A DNA stretch of 64,000 nucleotides from Pristiophorus japonicus (lineage: Eukaryota): positions 36,084,001 through 36,148,000 of the forward strand of contig NC_091991.1 of the NCBI RefSeq assembly GCF_044704955.1, given 5' to 3'. The notes under the pieces were generated by a model, which worked only from the letters and a program-made list of their open reading frames with translations, was not told the origin of the DNA and made no database searches. This document shows, piece by piece, positions 48,971-63,004 of this stretch (position 1 is the first letter of the stretch; every line of letters begins with the position of its first letter). Position numbers and translations under genes: made by a program.

Positions 48971-49615
48971 GGGCCAAAAATTGCAGTCGGAGGCTCCCTG
49001 CCGGCGGACGCCTCCTACCACAAAAAAACCTGAAAGTACCTGGTGGTCCCACTCCAACGAAGACTTTGGGTCTCAGGCCTAACTGCGCAGCCCAGTGCAG
49101 AGGCCCACATATCCTGGGAGCGTAAGCGTTTCTTGGGATCACGTGTGCCTGGACCACCAATGAAAATGTAGTATTCTCATTCATAACAATGGGAGCTCCA
49201 AGCTCCCATTGCTATGAATGGGGAGACCCCTAAAAACAAATAAAACACAAACATTAATTTAATAAACACTTCACTTTTTAAAAATTGATAAAAATTGAAT
49301 TAAATGTTTTAGAGAAAAATGTATTTTTTTGAAATTTAAAAAAAATATTTTAGTAGTGTTAAACATAAACTTACCTTCATGGGCAGGGTTTTTACCAGGC
49401 GTAAGCGTTTGAAGGACATTCGCTAGACAAGAGTTGAGCAAATAGCCCAAATCTCCGCCCACGAAAGCCCTTCTCCCAGGGATGCGTGCAATCTGTCAAA
49501 ACACATTTTGACAGATCGCAAGTGCTAGGTTTAGTTGCATGGACACGGAATTTGGGGGCCTCTTTGGGCACATGCACACGTTGTACACACCTAGAGAGGC
49601 CGCAATTTACGGGCC
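48971..49615. mobile_element. Non-autonomous Harbinger-like DNA transposon
   Basis: ATT|gggccaaaaattgc ... gcaatttacgggcc|ATT. Confidence 0.68.
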
Positions 49616-49899
49616 ATTATTTGATGCTTGAATGTGCAGCCTTGTTATAAATTTGTACTTTCTATTGTACTTAAAATTGTATCAAATGCAGCAGCTTCAC
49701 CATACAAACCATTCAGTAAGACACATAGGCAAGAACATAATTTTTTGTCATGTGAGGAGCAAGGTGCCATCACTTGGAAAGTCTATTGTCCTTGTTCAAT
49801 GGATTTGCATGTAGAAATTATAGTGATACTTTATTTATACAGGATGTTCAATCTTTACTTAAAGCTAACCTGCACCTCTTAAAGGCAGTCTGCACTTCT

Positions 49900-50420
49900 T
49901 AAAGGCGAGTTGCCTTCTGGTGATGAAAAATGTTAAAAGTGCTTCAGCACTAACCCAAATGGGAAAAGGCATCCAGGGTCTTGGATGCAGCACTCGGAGC
50001 CTTTGTGCAGGGGACCTTCCAGAAAGAAGGAAGATGGACCAGATCGCCAAGGCAGTCTCTGCCACCAATGTCATGCCAGGATCTAACTCCAGTGTCCAAT
50101 GAAGTTTCATGACCTCAGATCAGTGGCCAAGGTCAGTGAATGCATCTTCAAAAGCTGTCTCCTACCAACTGCACCACTAGCCTCACACACTGCTCAATAC
50201 AGGACTCACCCTATCAGTCATCTAACAACAATCTCTACCAAACACGAGGCACACATCACATTCTTAGCTTCACCTCACCCCCTTGGAGGAGACGGTGCTG
50301 GCCATTCTTGACAGGGGCTACCTCACATTCTCAGCTTCACCTCACTCCATTGGAGGAGACGGTGATGGCCATTCTTGACAGAAGCATGGCTGAGCCCTTG
50401 GCCAGCAGCGGGGCTGAAAG
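49900..50420 (+). pseudogene. Decayed Myb/SANT-like gene of a Harbinger transposon
   Basis: DQIAKAVSATNVMP...KFHDL resembles the MSANTD motif WxxIAxxVSA...KKFxDL, followed by LTPLEETVMAIL. Confidence 0.45.
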
Positions 50421-51552
50421 AAAAGAAAGAAAGACTTGGATTTATATAGTACCTTTCACGGCCACCTCAAAGCGCTTTACAGCCAACGGAGTGTAGTCAC
50501 TGATTGTAATGTCGGAAATGCGGCAGCCTATTTGCGCACAAGCTAGCTCCCACAAATACCAATGTGATAATGACCAGATAATCTGTTTTGGTTATGTTGA
50601 TTGAGGGATAAGTATTGGCTGAGACACTACAGATTACTCCCCTGCTCTTTTTTGAAACAGTGCCATGGGATCTTTTATGTCCACTTGAAACAGCAGACGG
50701 GGCCTCGGTTTAACGTCTCATCCGAAAGACGGCACCTCCGACAGGAATCAGTCTGGTGAACCTTTGTTGCATTCTCTCTATGACAAGTATATCATTCCAT
50801 ACGTAAGGAGACCAAAACTGTACACAATACTCCAGGTGTGGTCTCACCAGGGCCCTATACCTCAAGTCGCTGGAGAAATACCATCAACGATGTCTCCGCA
50901 AGATCCTGCAAATCCTCTGGGAGGACAGACGCACCAACGTTATCATCCTCGATCAGGCCAACATCCCCAGCATTGAAGCACTGACCAAACTTGATCAGCT
51001 CCTCTGACAGGCCACATAGTTCACATGCCAGACACGAGACTCCCAAAGCAAGCAATCTACTCGAAACTCCTTCACGGCAAATGAGCCAAAGGTGGGCAGA
51101 GGAAACATTACAAGGACACCCTCAAAGCCTCCATGATAAAATGCAACATCCCCACTGACACCTGGGACACCCTGGCCAAAGACCGCCCTAAGTGGAGGAA
51201 GTGCATCCAGGAGGGCGCCAAGCACCTTGAGTTTCATCGCCGAGATCATGCAGAAATAAAGCGCAGGCAGCGGAAAGAGCGTGCGGCAAACCAGTCCCAC
51301 CCACCCCTTCCTTCAACGACTATCTGCCCCACCTGTGACAGGGACTGTGGTTCTCATATTGGACTGTTCAGCCACCTAAGGACTCATGTTTAGAGTGGAA
51401 GCAAGTCTTCCTTGATTCCGAGGAACTGCCTATGATGATACAATTGCAGTATCAGCTTAAATCTTTTGTACTCAACTCCCTGGGGTGGTACTTGAACCCA
51501 CAATCTTCTGACTGAAGCGAATGTGCTACCCACTGAGCCACAGCTGACACAC
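50420..51552 (-). mobile_element. Deu-domain tRNA SINE split by an RTE insertion (parts 50420-50741 and ~51445-51552)
   Basis: Deu-like block agtgccatgggatcttttatgtccac..cagacggggcctcggtttaacgtctcatccgaaagacggcacctcc; head rc cttgaacccac..gctacccactgagcca. Confidence 0.65.
50860..51440 (+). mobile_element. RTE-clade LINE 3' fragment
   Basis: CPTCDRDCGSHIGLFSHLRTH and tail gtggaagcaagtcttcc..ctgcctatgatgat. Confidence 0.85.
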
Positions 51553-51944
51553 AAGAATACAAGCTGCCAGTATCCTCATACATTAACCTCTTTCTCACAT
51601 CCCACTTCCCACTCATTCTACAATATCTTCTGATTTACAAGTTGCATATGGTGTAAGCATGCACCTTTTCCTTTACCCTGCCTCCCGTCACCACAACCCT
51701 AACCTTGTGCCTTCCTCATTTCAGGCACCCAAGAAATCCAGCCTGCCCAGCCAGTGGTTGACCAAGAAGAGGGAGAGGAGACTGATGAAGGAAAAGAAGA
51801 AACACCATCACTCAATTTCACACTCCCAGCCAACAGCTCCTCAAGTTTGTCCTGCAAGGTCATCTGCAGTGGCCCCCACTGAAAGTCAGAAACCTTCCAC
51901 CAGCCATGCTGCAGCCACTGGGGGAGCACTGCTAAGTGCAGTGG

Positions 51945-54900
51945 AACATAAGAACGTAAGAATTAGGAGCAAGAGTATGCCATTCGGACCCTCGAGCCTG
52001 CTCCGCCATTCTACCTCAACTCCACTTTTCTGTACTTCCCCATATCCCTTGATTCCTTAATAGTCAAAAACCTATCGATCTCTGTCTTGAATATCCTCAA
52101 TGACTGAACCTCCACAGCCTTCTGGGGTAGAGAATTCCAAAGATACGCCACCCTCTGAATGAATACATTTCTTCTCGTCTCAGTCCTAAATGGCTGACCC
52201 CATATTCTGAGACTGTGACCCCTGGTTCTAGACTCCCTAGCCAGGGGAAACATTCTCCCTGCAACTACCCTATAAAGACCTGTAAGAATATTGTATGTTT
52301 CAATGAGATCACCACTCATTCGTCTAAACTCTAGAGAATATAGACCAAGTCTCACCTCATAGGACACCTCATCGGACAAACCCCCATCCCAGGAATCAGT
52401 CTGGTGAACCTTTGTTGCACTCCCTCTATGACAAGTATATCATTCCATAGGTAAGGAGACCAAAACTGTACACAATACTCCAGGTGTGGTCTCACCAGGG
52501 CCCTATATAATTTCAGTCAGACATCTTTGCTCATTCTCAAATCCTCTTGTAATAAATGCCAACATATCATTTGCTTTCTTAATTGCTTGCTGTACCTGTA
52601 TGTTAACTTTCAGTGATTCGTGTTCAAGGACACCCAGATTCCTCTGAACATCAACATTTCCCAATCTCTCACCATTTAAAAAATACTTTGTTTATCTAGT
52701 TTTACTACCAAAGTGGATAACTTCACATCACTCCACATTATATTCCATGTGCCATGTTCTTTCCCATTCAATTAGCCTGTATATATCCCCCTGAAGTCTC
52801 TTTGCATTGTCCTCACAACTTACATTCCCACCTAGCTTTGTATCATCGACAAACTTGGATATATTACATTTGGTCCCCTCATCCAAATCTTTGATATAGG
52901 TGGTGAATAGCTGAGGCCCAAGCACTGATCCTTGTGGTACCCCACTAGTTACAGTCTGCCAACCCAAAAATGATCCGTTTATTCCTACTCTCTGTTTTCT
53001 GTCAGTTAACCAATCCTCAATCCATACGAGTATATTACCCCCAATCCCATGAGCCCTAATTTTATTTAATAAACTCTTATGTGGCATCTTATCGAATGCC
53101 TTCTGAATATCCAAATACACCACATCCACTGGTTCTCCCTGAACTCTTCTGCTAGTTACAACCTGAAAAAACTGTAGCAGATTCGTAAAACATGATTTCC
53201 CTTTCATGGGTGACTTTAATCTACATATTGATTGGGCTAACCAAACTGGTAGCAATGCAGTGGAGGAGGATTTCCTGGAGTGTATTAGGGATGGTTTTCT
53301 GGACTAATATATCAAGGAACTAACTAGGGAGCTGGCCATCCTAGACTGGGTGATGTGTAATGAGAAAGGACTAATTAGCAATCTTGTTGTGCGAGGCCCC
53401 TTGGGGAAGAGTGACCATAACATTCTTTATTTGGATGGAGAGTGACACAGTTAATTCAGAGACTAGGGTCCTGAATTTAAGGAAAGGTAACTTCGATGGT
53501 TTGAGGCGTGAATTGGCTAGAATAGACTGGCAAATGATACTTAAAGGGTTGACGGTGGATAGACAATGGCAAACATTTAAAGATCACATGGATGAACTTC
53601 AGCAATTGTACATTCCTGTCTGGAGTAAACATAAAACGGGGAAGGTGGCTCCACCGTGGCTAACAAGGGAAATTAAGGATAGTGTTAAATTCAAGGAAGA
53701 GGCATATAAATTGGCCAGAAAAAGAAACAAACCTGAGGACTGGGAGAATTTTATAATTCAGCACAGTAGGACAAAGGATTTAATTAAGAGGGGGAAAATA
53801 GAGTACGAGAAGAAGCTTGCCGGGAACATAAAAACTGACTGCAAAAGCTTCTATAGCTATGTGAAGAGAAAAAGATTAGTGAAGACAAACGTAGGTCCCT
53901 TGCAGTCAGATTCAGATGAATTTATAATGAGGAACAAAAAAATGGCAGACCGATTGAACAAATACTTTGCTTCTGTCTTCATGAAGGAAGACACAAATAG
54001 CCTTCCGGAAGTACTAGGGGACCGAGGGTCTAGTGAGAAGGAGGAACTGAAGGATATCCTTATTAGGCGGGAAATTGTGTTAGGGAAATTGATGGGATTG
54101 AAGGCCGATATATCCACGGGGCCTGATAGTCTGCATCCCAGAGTACTTAAGGAAGTGGCCCTAGAAATAGTGGATGCATTGGTGATCATTTTCCAACAGT
54201 CTATCGACTCTGGATCAGTTTCTATGGACTGGACGGTAGCTAATGTAACACCACTTTTTAAAAAGGGAGGGAGAGAGAAAGCGGGTAATTATAGACTGGT
54301 TAGCTTGACATCAGTAGTGGGGAAAATGTTGGAATCAATTATTAAGGATGAAATAGCAGCGCATTTGGAAAGCAGTAACAGGATCGGTCCAAGTCAGCAT
54401 GGATTTATGAAGGGGAAATCATGCTTGACAAATCTTCTGGAATTTTTTGAGGATGTAACTAGTAGAGTGGACAAGGGAGAACCAGTGGATGTGGTGTATT
54501 TGGACTTTCAAAAGGCTTTTGACAAGGTCCCACACAAGAGATTGGTGTGCAAAATCAAAGCACATGGTATTGGGAGTAATATACTGACGTAGATAGAGAA
54601 CTGGTTGGCAGATAGGAAGCAGAGAGTCAGGATAAACGGGTCCTTTTCAGAACGGCAGGCAGTGACTAGTGGAGTGCTGCAAGGCTCAGTGCTGGGACCT
54701 CAGCTCTTTACAATATACATCAATGATTTGGATGAAGGAATTGAGTGTAATATCTTCAAGTTTGCAGATGACACTAAACTGGGTGGCAGTGTAAGCTGTG
54801 AGGGGGACGCTAGGAGGCTGCAGGGTGACTTGGACAGGTTAGGTGAGTGGACAAATGCATGGCAGATGCAGTATAATGTGGATAAATGTGAGGTTATCCA

Positions 54901-56210
54901 CTTTGGGGGCAAAAACGCAAAGACAGAATATTATCTGAATAGCGGCAGATTAGGAAAAGGGGAGGTGCAACGAGACCTGGGTGTCATGGTTCATCAGTCA
55001 CTGAAACTTGGCATACAGGTACAGCAGGCGGTGAAGAAGGCAAATGGTATGTTGGCCGTAATAGCTAGGGGATTTGAGTATAGGAGCGGGGAGGTCTTAC
55101 TGCAGTTGTACAGGGCCTTGGTGAGGCCTCACCTGGAATATTGTGTTCAGTTTTGGTCTCCTAATCTGAGGAAAGATGTTCTTGCTATTGAGGGAGCGAA
55201 GGTTCACCAGACTGATTCCCGGGATGGCTGGACTGACATATGAGGAGAAACTGGATCAACTGGGCCTTTATACATTGGAGTTTAGAAGGATGAGAGGGGA
55301 TCTCATAGAAACATATAAGATTCTGACGGGACGGGACAGGTTACATGCGGGTAGAATGTTCCCGATGTTGGGGAAGTCCAGAACTAGGGGAGTCTTAGAA
55401 TAAGGGGTCGGCATTTAGGACTGAGATGAGGAGAAACTTCTTCACTCAGAGAGTTGTTAACCTGTGGAATTCCCTGCCGCAGAGAGTTGTTGATGCCAGT
55501 TCGTTGGATATATTCAAGAGGGAGTTAGATATGGCCCTTACGGCTAAGGGGATCAAGGGGTATGGAGAGAAAGCAGGAAAGGGGTACTGAGGGAATGATC
55601 AGCCATGATCTTATTGAATGGTGGTGCAAGTTCGAAGGGCCGAATGGCCGACTCCTGCACCTATTTTCTATGTTTCTATTTTTCTAAATCCGTGTTGACT
55701 CTGTACAATCCTATTATTATTTTCTAAGTGCCCTGTTATCATGTCTTTAATAATAGATTCTAGCATTTTCCCTACTATTGATGTCAGGCTAACTGATCAG
55801 TAGTTCCCCGTTTTCTCTCTCATTCCTTTCTTAAATAGCGGGGTTACATTTGCTCCCTTCGAATCCACGGGAATCTTTCTAGAATTAATGGAATTTTGGA
55901 AGATGACAACCAATGCATCCACTATCTCTATAGCCACCTCTTTCAAAACCCTAGGATATAGGCAGCCGGTCCAGGGGATTTATCGGCTTTCAGTCCCATT
56001 AATTACTCCAGTACTATTTTTTTGGTAATAATAATTTATTTCAATTCATCATTCTCGCTAGATCTTGGTTCTCCACGATTTCGGGGAGGTTTTTTGCATG
56101 GTTGGACCATTTTTCCAGTGGTGTTTTTATTCCTTAAGGGAATGTATATTCTTCCATGAAGACAGACACAAAGTATTTGTTTAATTTCTCTGCCATTTTT
56201 TTATTACCCC
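51945..56210 (-). mobile_element. CR1 LINE (minus), interrupted at ~53207 by a plus-strand CR1
   Basis: Minus ORF 52728..53255 GKSCFTNLLQFF..GVPQGSVLGPQLF; ...ccctttcat (53207) resumes as aaatccgtgttgact (55686). Confidence 0.82.
53205..55685 (+). mobile_element. 5'-truncated, relatively young CR1 LINE (ORF2 endonuclease C-terminus and RT)
   Basis: MGDFNLHIDW start; ORFs 53384..54592 (402 aa) and 54605..55243 with YLDFQKAFDKVPH and FADDTKLGG; (TTTCTATG)-type tail. Confidence 0.9.
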
Positions 56211-56219
56211 TCTCCAGAA

Positions 56220-58150
56220 CCCTCAGATAGAAGCCGAGTATCGCTATAATGAGAGCCATGCAGCCACACGCAACATTGTCGAACAAACAATTGGAGCGCT
56301 TCCGATGTCTGGACCACTGTGGAGGCTGCCTCGAATACTCCCCTCAGCAGGTTTATGAGTTCATTGTGGTGTGCTGCATGCTACACAACTTAGACATCAT
56401 GAGAGGACAGGACTTGCCAATGGGGATTGCAGGACAATCTCAGGTGGGGGAGGGGGGGGGAGGAGGAGGAGGAGGAGGAAGACGAGGAAGAGGAATCTGG
56501 CGAGGAACCCATGCCATTACTCCCACCACAGCCACAGAGAAGAAATGTCGCCGCTGCAAAAGCCTTACGTCAGCAGTTCATAATTGAACGCTTTGCTTGT
56601 AGAGTGAATGTCACGTTTGATCATTGCCTGGCCACTTTATCCCACCATGTTGACTATTCCCCCTTTTAATATGCAAATAAGACTCTACACAGGAATGGTT
56701 AAGGTGAACAAAAGAATTTATGAAACATTGTAAACTTTGTCAACTTTGTAAACTTTGTGAACTTTAATAAAATAACAAATTAGCTGCATCCAGCAGTGTG
56801 ATAATTCATCATCAACAACAACATTATGAACAACATAAATCAGAACATAACAATAAAACATAAAACATAGCCTGCATCCAGCATCAACAACATAAATGCA
56901 GCAATCACTGCCACATTATCTTTTACCACTGGCTTTTGCCCCCGTTCCCCTTATCACCCTTCCTTGCTTGCTACTCCTAACCAAAGTGGCACCAAAATGG
57001 CGTGCAGCAATGTTGCCAGAGCGCTGCTGTGTTGGGGGGAGAGACAATGGAGACGCCGCATGGGTCACACTGGACCAGCTCGTGGCGTTGAAGGCCCGGC
57101 TTGTGACTAGCGAACCTCTTCATTGGTGACGCCAGTCACAGGTGGTTTTGGTTTGGATGGGCAATGCAGAGGGTATGGCGGGAGCGTTTATGGACTGCAT
57201 CACCTGCCCAAGCTGAAGCAGAGCTTGTGCCTGTGATGCGCCACATTCCGCAAGGCTTCGCGCCACACTCTCCGGGACTCCATTGTCACTGCTGGAGGCC
57301 ACCAGCCTCGTGTGGGTATCACGGCTAGCACTGACAATCTGCAACCCTACCTCCATAATAGTCGCACTGAAACTCTCGATGGTCGCGGAAATTCTACCCA
57401 AGACAGGTGAGGTGGATGCTCTCCCCGGACAGTCCCGCCATGTCCAGTTCCACGTTTGCCTGTCTGTCAGCGGATCAACTTTACCGACTCACCCTCCGGA
57501 GAGATGACATAGAGGATTTGAGCCCAGAACTGCGTTGCTGCACGCCACTTGTCCCAGGAGCCTCAGAGTTGTCGAACCCCGAGAAAGTCAGGTCATCGTC
57601 CTCAGACGAGGTGAGTGCCGGTAAAACAGGGGTGGATTGCATCTGCCCTGGAGTCGGCTGATCTGTAAATTCGTCCTCTTCTTCCTCTTCTTCCACATGA
57701 TGGCCTGACGTGGAGTGTTGTATTGAGGGATGCGGCGCCTGTGTCTGGTCATCTGGAAATAGAAAGCAACAGACGAGTGGTTAGCAGCATGGGAGGGGGC
57801 AGGGTGACATGAGTAAGGTCGCATAGTACAGGCTCATTTGAAGGACCTCCGCTACTCCATTATATCTAGTCCACTGACACTGCATTATATTGCCCCAACC
57901 CTAGTCCACAGACACTGCAGTCCACAGTCCACAGATATTGCCCCACACAGTCCACAGATCTTGCCCCAATCCAGCCAAGGGAGGGTGCAGGACTTACCCT
58001 CAGTATCCGAGCAGGGGTCAGCGCCCCCAGTGGCAGTTGCCCAATCTCAGACACCGATGAGGCCTGCCACTCGCTCCTCAATGTCCGTGAGTGGCAGGGT
58101 CTGAGGCGGACCGCTGCCTGTCCGCACCTGCTCACACCGATTATGAGACT
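56220..58150. mobile_element. Harbinger transposon remnant (transposase C-terminus on +, acidic partner gene remnant on -)
   Basis: YNESHAATRNIVEQT...RFRCLDHCGGCLEYSPQQVYEFIVVCCMLHNL is HARBI1-like; convergent minus-strand acidic ORF pieces at 57120-57700. Confidence 0.65.
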
Positions 58151-59959
58151 TCTTTGCCTGCAAAGATGAAAATGGGAATGCTTACAAGAGGGTCCATCTG
58201 CTCTTGTGGCACACACAGATAGCCACAAAAGCACCTTTACCATATTGTGTGAATGTAATACAGTCCTCTGTTTAATGGCCTTGGAAGTTACACGTCAAGA
58301 GGACATCGAAGTGCGGAGACATCTTATGAGATCTCAGAAAACAATCTTAATAATGTGTAAAGATCATTCATGGCAAATAGGGTGCCTAACTAAGCCTACC
58401 TATGTGTCATGCATTTTAGGAGACAACCCACAGAGTGCTGAGAGGCACCAACACCATGAGAACAAATAGTCAGATTTATAATTCAAGTAATGAAGGAGTG
58501 CATGAATGAAAATTGTACTCTGACCACTCTTGTCAGATTATTAAAAAAAATTCTGCACTGTGTTCCAGTCCCCACAACAGTTACCATTAATGTTGTGTGT
58601 GAATTTGTATTAGGATTTAGGTAACAAATTTAGAATGGTGCACTCTGTCCAAATTCTGTTGAATGTCCCCATCCCATGCCCACTAGCAAATCCATTTCTT
58701 GGAGGAATCAGGCATGATCCGTTGTTAAAAAAATGAATTCTTACATTAAAATGTTGTATTCAATATATTGTTAATACAATTTTTCATTCCACATTAATAT
58801 GTTTTTGCAACCTTTTAGATTAAAATATATTTGGGTTTATCCATGTTCAGCAAACCAACCAAACCATCACTTCCCAAAAGTCACTTTCCCTGTTCTTGGA
58901 GGCTCACCCCTCCCATTCAGAGAAGAACTCTTCCCTCTATTCCCTCAAGTGACAGAAACAGTCTTACCCCATCCCCACTAGTTCACAGAACATGCTCCCT
59001 TTTTAACTCCTGCAGTTCAGAGAGATACTCCCCCTCTAACGAACCATGTTCCAGTTCACAAAGCCTCTATTCCTCGATTTCCTCCTACCAGGTCACAGAA
59101 ATACTCTCCACTTCTAACATCCAATTTTCTCCTCTGCTTCCGCCACCACCCCCCCCCCCCTCCCCCCACCCCAGCCCAATTCACAACTACACACTCTTTC
59201 AACTCCTCCTGTTCAGACAGACACTGCACCTCTAACAACCCACCCCCTCCAATTCTTAGGGCATTGTTCCGCTCCAACTCCTAATAGTTCACTATTACTG
59301 TTCCCTTCTAATCTTCAATTGTCTCCTCTTCCAATCATCACCCTTTCATTTGCAGAAGCATTCTCCCTCCTTGGTGACATTCACACTGGTTATGGTTGCA
59401 GCTTCCAGATGCTGCTTTATCATTTCAGAAACAGACTGTGTGCAGTAGTAGGGATGGGCAATAAATGCTGGCCTTCCAGTGATGCCCACATCCCGTGAAT
59501 GAATAAATAAAAGTAGGAATTCCTAACTGACTGCAGGACCAAGTTTTCCCACCTGCAACCTGCAGCACATGATCTATCCCTGGAGCAATGAAAAAACAGC
59601 AGCTGGGACCAGCAATGAGGAGCAGAACTACAGCGGCCTTTTGGCCAGATCCCTTGGAGCAGCTGCCCTGGCAACATAAAGTCTGCATGTTGGTATACAT
59701 TGGGTAGGCCCCTGATTTTCACTTGTATTTATACAAGAGACAAACAGCAAATTATGAGCACATGATAAAAAAAATTACAGTGCACAGGAAAAGTGTGATC
59801 TAAGTGTAACATGCCCGCATCACCTGTAAAATTAAAAAAGGTCACCTTTCACTAGTATTGATGGGACCATGAAAATGCAAACGCAGAGGCCAAGGCTAAA
59901 CAACGGAGAGTTTTAGGTGGATAGATATTGTGGCATTTACTGGACGACTGTGAGGAATT

Positions 59960-60365
59960 ACGGTGTGTTCCCCCAAACGTTGAGATGACGGCTAAGTCCA
60001 GGGTGTGGCAGAGCCGCCCATTCCCCGAGTGCAGGTAAAATACCGCATTCTGGAGGGCAGCCGTCACACTGCAGACCTGGCGAGAGCCCTGTGCTCGGGG
60101 GCGTGGATCCAACCACAGGGCGCCTGCGCAGAGTGAGGGCGATCCTGCTGTCAAAGTGCTCGAGAACTGAGGAGAGATTGTGTGCACGACGAGGGCACCG
60201 CTTTTGGGCGAGTATTTGTTCAGAAAGCAAAAAGTGCAAGGATCGGAAGGCACAATACAGAAAAAAAGAGCTGCTGGGAGCTCGCAGAGTGAATGTAACA
60301 CGGCGCTGCAATCTTCCTGCCCAGACAGAGGAGACGCCGCTAGGTACACCCACTTCCCAGATCCA
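59960..60365 (+). promoter_or_regulatory. CpG-rich putative TSPAN12 promoter/non-coding first exon
   Basis: Local CpG enrichment, GGGGGCGTGG GC box near 60097, donor CCA|GTAAGT at 60366; 2.6 kb upstream of the TSPAN12 ATG exon. Confidence 0.45.
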
Positions 60366-62318
60366 GTAAGTTGCAACTTTGAGCTTTTCGCAAAGTTTTT
60401 ATTGAGTTTTGCAACTTCTAAGGATCAGCTGGGAAGATTCGCATTTAAGGCATAATTTTTTTGTTTAATTTGGTGACTGGCATTGTGAGATTGCACCTGT
60501 GGTATTGAGTGTGTCTATGGTATTGTTAGAGTGTCTGTGGTATTCTGGGTGTCTGTGGTATATTGTTAGTGTGTCTGTGGCATTGTGAGTGTGACTGTAG
60601 TATTGTGAGTGTGTGTCTGTGTCTGTGATAATGTGAGTGTGCACGGTATTGTGAGTGTGTGTTTGTGGTAGTGTGAGTGATTGTCTGGTATTGTGAGTGT
60701 GTCTGTGGTAGTATGACTGTATTTGGCAGTGTGAGTATGTGCCTATGTTATTGTGTGTCTGTGATATTGTGAGTGTGTGTCTGGTATTGTGAGTGTGTGT
60801 CTGTGGTGGTGTGAGTGTGTGTCTATGTTATTGTGAGTGTGTGGCTGTGGCATTGTGAGTTTGTACCTTAAGTGAGTTACGATATTGATTAAATGCAACA
60901 AAGCAAACAGGTAGGCATTTTCTGATTTCTGCATCCCGATAGTAAATTGGGAGGTGAGGCATGGAGCTGGTAAATGAGTAACGGGCTGTTCGGGAGGACG
61001 GTTGCTGAGATTATTCATTGCCAGGCATTCTGGGTTAGGGTTAATCATCCTGCCGAGATTTACAGAGCAACTGAACCACTCGACCAGTGACAAGGTTTTT
61101 TTTCAATCGGGAAAGTTAGCAGAGGATTTCAGGCATTTAGAATTAGATATTTGTTCAGAAAGCAAAAAGTGCAAGGATCGGAAGGCACAATACAGAAGAA
61201 AAGAGCTGATGGGAGCTTGCAGAGTGAATGTAACACGGCGCTGCAATCTTCCTGCCCAGACAGGGGAGACGCCGCTCGGTACACCCACTTCCCACATCCA
61301 GTAAGTTGCAACTTTGAGTTTTTCGCAACGTTTTTATTAAGTTTTGCAACTTCTAAGGATCAGCTGGGAAGATTCTCCTTTAGGGCATAATTTTTTTTAA
61401 TTTGGTGACTGGCATTGTGAGATTGCACCTGTGGTATTGTGAGTGTGCCTGTTGTATTGTTAGAGTGTCTGTGGTATTCTAGGTGTCTGTGGCATTGTGA
61501 GTGTGACTGTGGTATTGTGAGTGTGTGTCTGTGGTATTGAGTGTATGTCTGTGGTATTCTGGGTGTCTGTGGTATATTGTTAGTGTGTCTGTGGTATTCT
61601 GGGTGTCTGTGGTATATTGTTAGTGTGTCTGTGGCATTGTGAGTGTGACTGGTATTCTGAGTGTGTGTGTGGGATTGTGTGTGTGCGGTATTCTGGGTGT
61701 CTGTGGTATTGTGAGTGTGTGTCTGTGTCTGTGATAATGAGTGTGTCTACGGTTTTGTGAGTGTGTGCGGTATTGTGAGTGTGTCCACGGTATTGTGAGT
61801 GTGTGCCTGTGGTATTGTGAGTGTGTGTTTGTGGTAGTGTGAGTGATTGTCTGGTATTGTGAGTGTCTGTGGTAGTATGATTGTGTATTTGGTAGTGTGA
61901 GTATGTGTCTATGTTATTGTGAGTGTGTGTCTGGTATTGTGAATGTGTCCACGGTATTGTGAGTGTGTGTCTGTGATGGTGTGAGTGTGAGTCTGTGGTA
62001 TTGTGAGTGTGTGTGTGTGTCATTGTGAGTTTGTACCTTTAGTGAGTTACGATATTGATTAAATGCAACAAAGCAAACAGGTAGGTATTTTCTGATTTCT
62101 GCATCCCGATAGTAAATTGGGAGGTGAGGCATGGAGCTGGTAAATGAGTAACGGGCTGTTCGGGAGGACGGTTGCTGAGATTATTCATTGCCAGGCATTC
62201 TGGATTAGGGTTAATCATCCTGCCGAGATTTACAGAGCAACTGAACCACTCGACCAGTGACAAGGTTTTTTTTCAATCGGGAAAGTTAGCAGAGGATTTC
62301 AGGTATTTAGAATTAGAT
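60214..62318 (+). repeat. Tandem duplication (60214-61148 and 61149-62318), each copy containing a TG-rich minisatellite
   Basis: Both copies run atttgttcagaaagcaaaaagtgc...tttagaattagat; GGTATTGTGAGTGTGT-type arrays at ~60480-60860 and ~61410-62030. Confidence 0.9.
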
Positions 62319-63004
62319 AACTGTGAGCATAATAGAACAGCTCGGCAGAAATACGGTGGATACGTGAAACGGAAGGATACTTGAGCAAACTGGTGAGTTT
62401 CCAACTTTGTTTTTAAATGTAGCGATGTCCCAATTAACTGAGAAAAGCACTTCGTGACTTTCTATTGTATTAACAGTTTCTTAGTTTACATGTAAAATAT
62501 AACTTTAGAGGCTGTTTAAAACGTCGATAGTTTGTTACTTGTTAACCCAGTGACACTATTTGAGAATCTGTTGTACCGTGGAAAGTTGTGTCGAACGAAA
62601 CTAACCAACTTGCTGTTAACTCTTACTGAAGCGGTTGTTAGAAAACAAGGTTAACGCTAATATTAACTCTAACCCTAACTTTGACTGCCTCAAATAAGAA
62701 TATTCCATAACTATAAAGCGAGATAGCGTTTCTAAATTGTACCGTCAAATTATTATGGAAGAAACCACATAAATACTCACTTCATTTCATTCCTATTTGT
62801 GTATTTAGAAAAACCGAGAGCTGAGCTATTGGATCAAGAATATATTTTAGAGTTTGACTTTTAATTGAAAATAATCTGAAATCAGCTATCAGCGAATGTT
62901 ATGTGGTATCGTTTGATCATTTTGTGATCTTTTTCAGGTGACTGGGGAGGGATGGTCTGGTTGTGAAACAGAATGATGGGGTCAACCCTTGAGCTTCTTT
63001 CAGA

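Noticed and set aside
56249-56587. Host HARBI1 gene exon
   Set aside because: Only a frameshifted C-terminal transposase fragment next to a convergent partner remnant; better explained as a transposon fossil.
61580-62023. His/Thr-rich 147-aa ORF
   Set aside because: Translation of the TG-rich minisatellite; no coding evidence.
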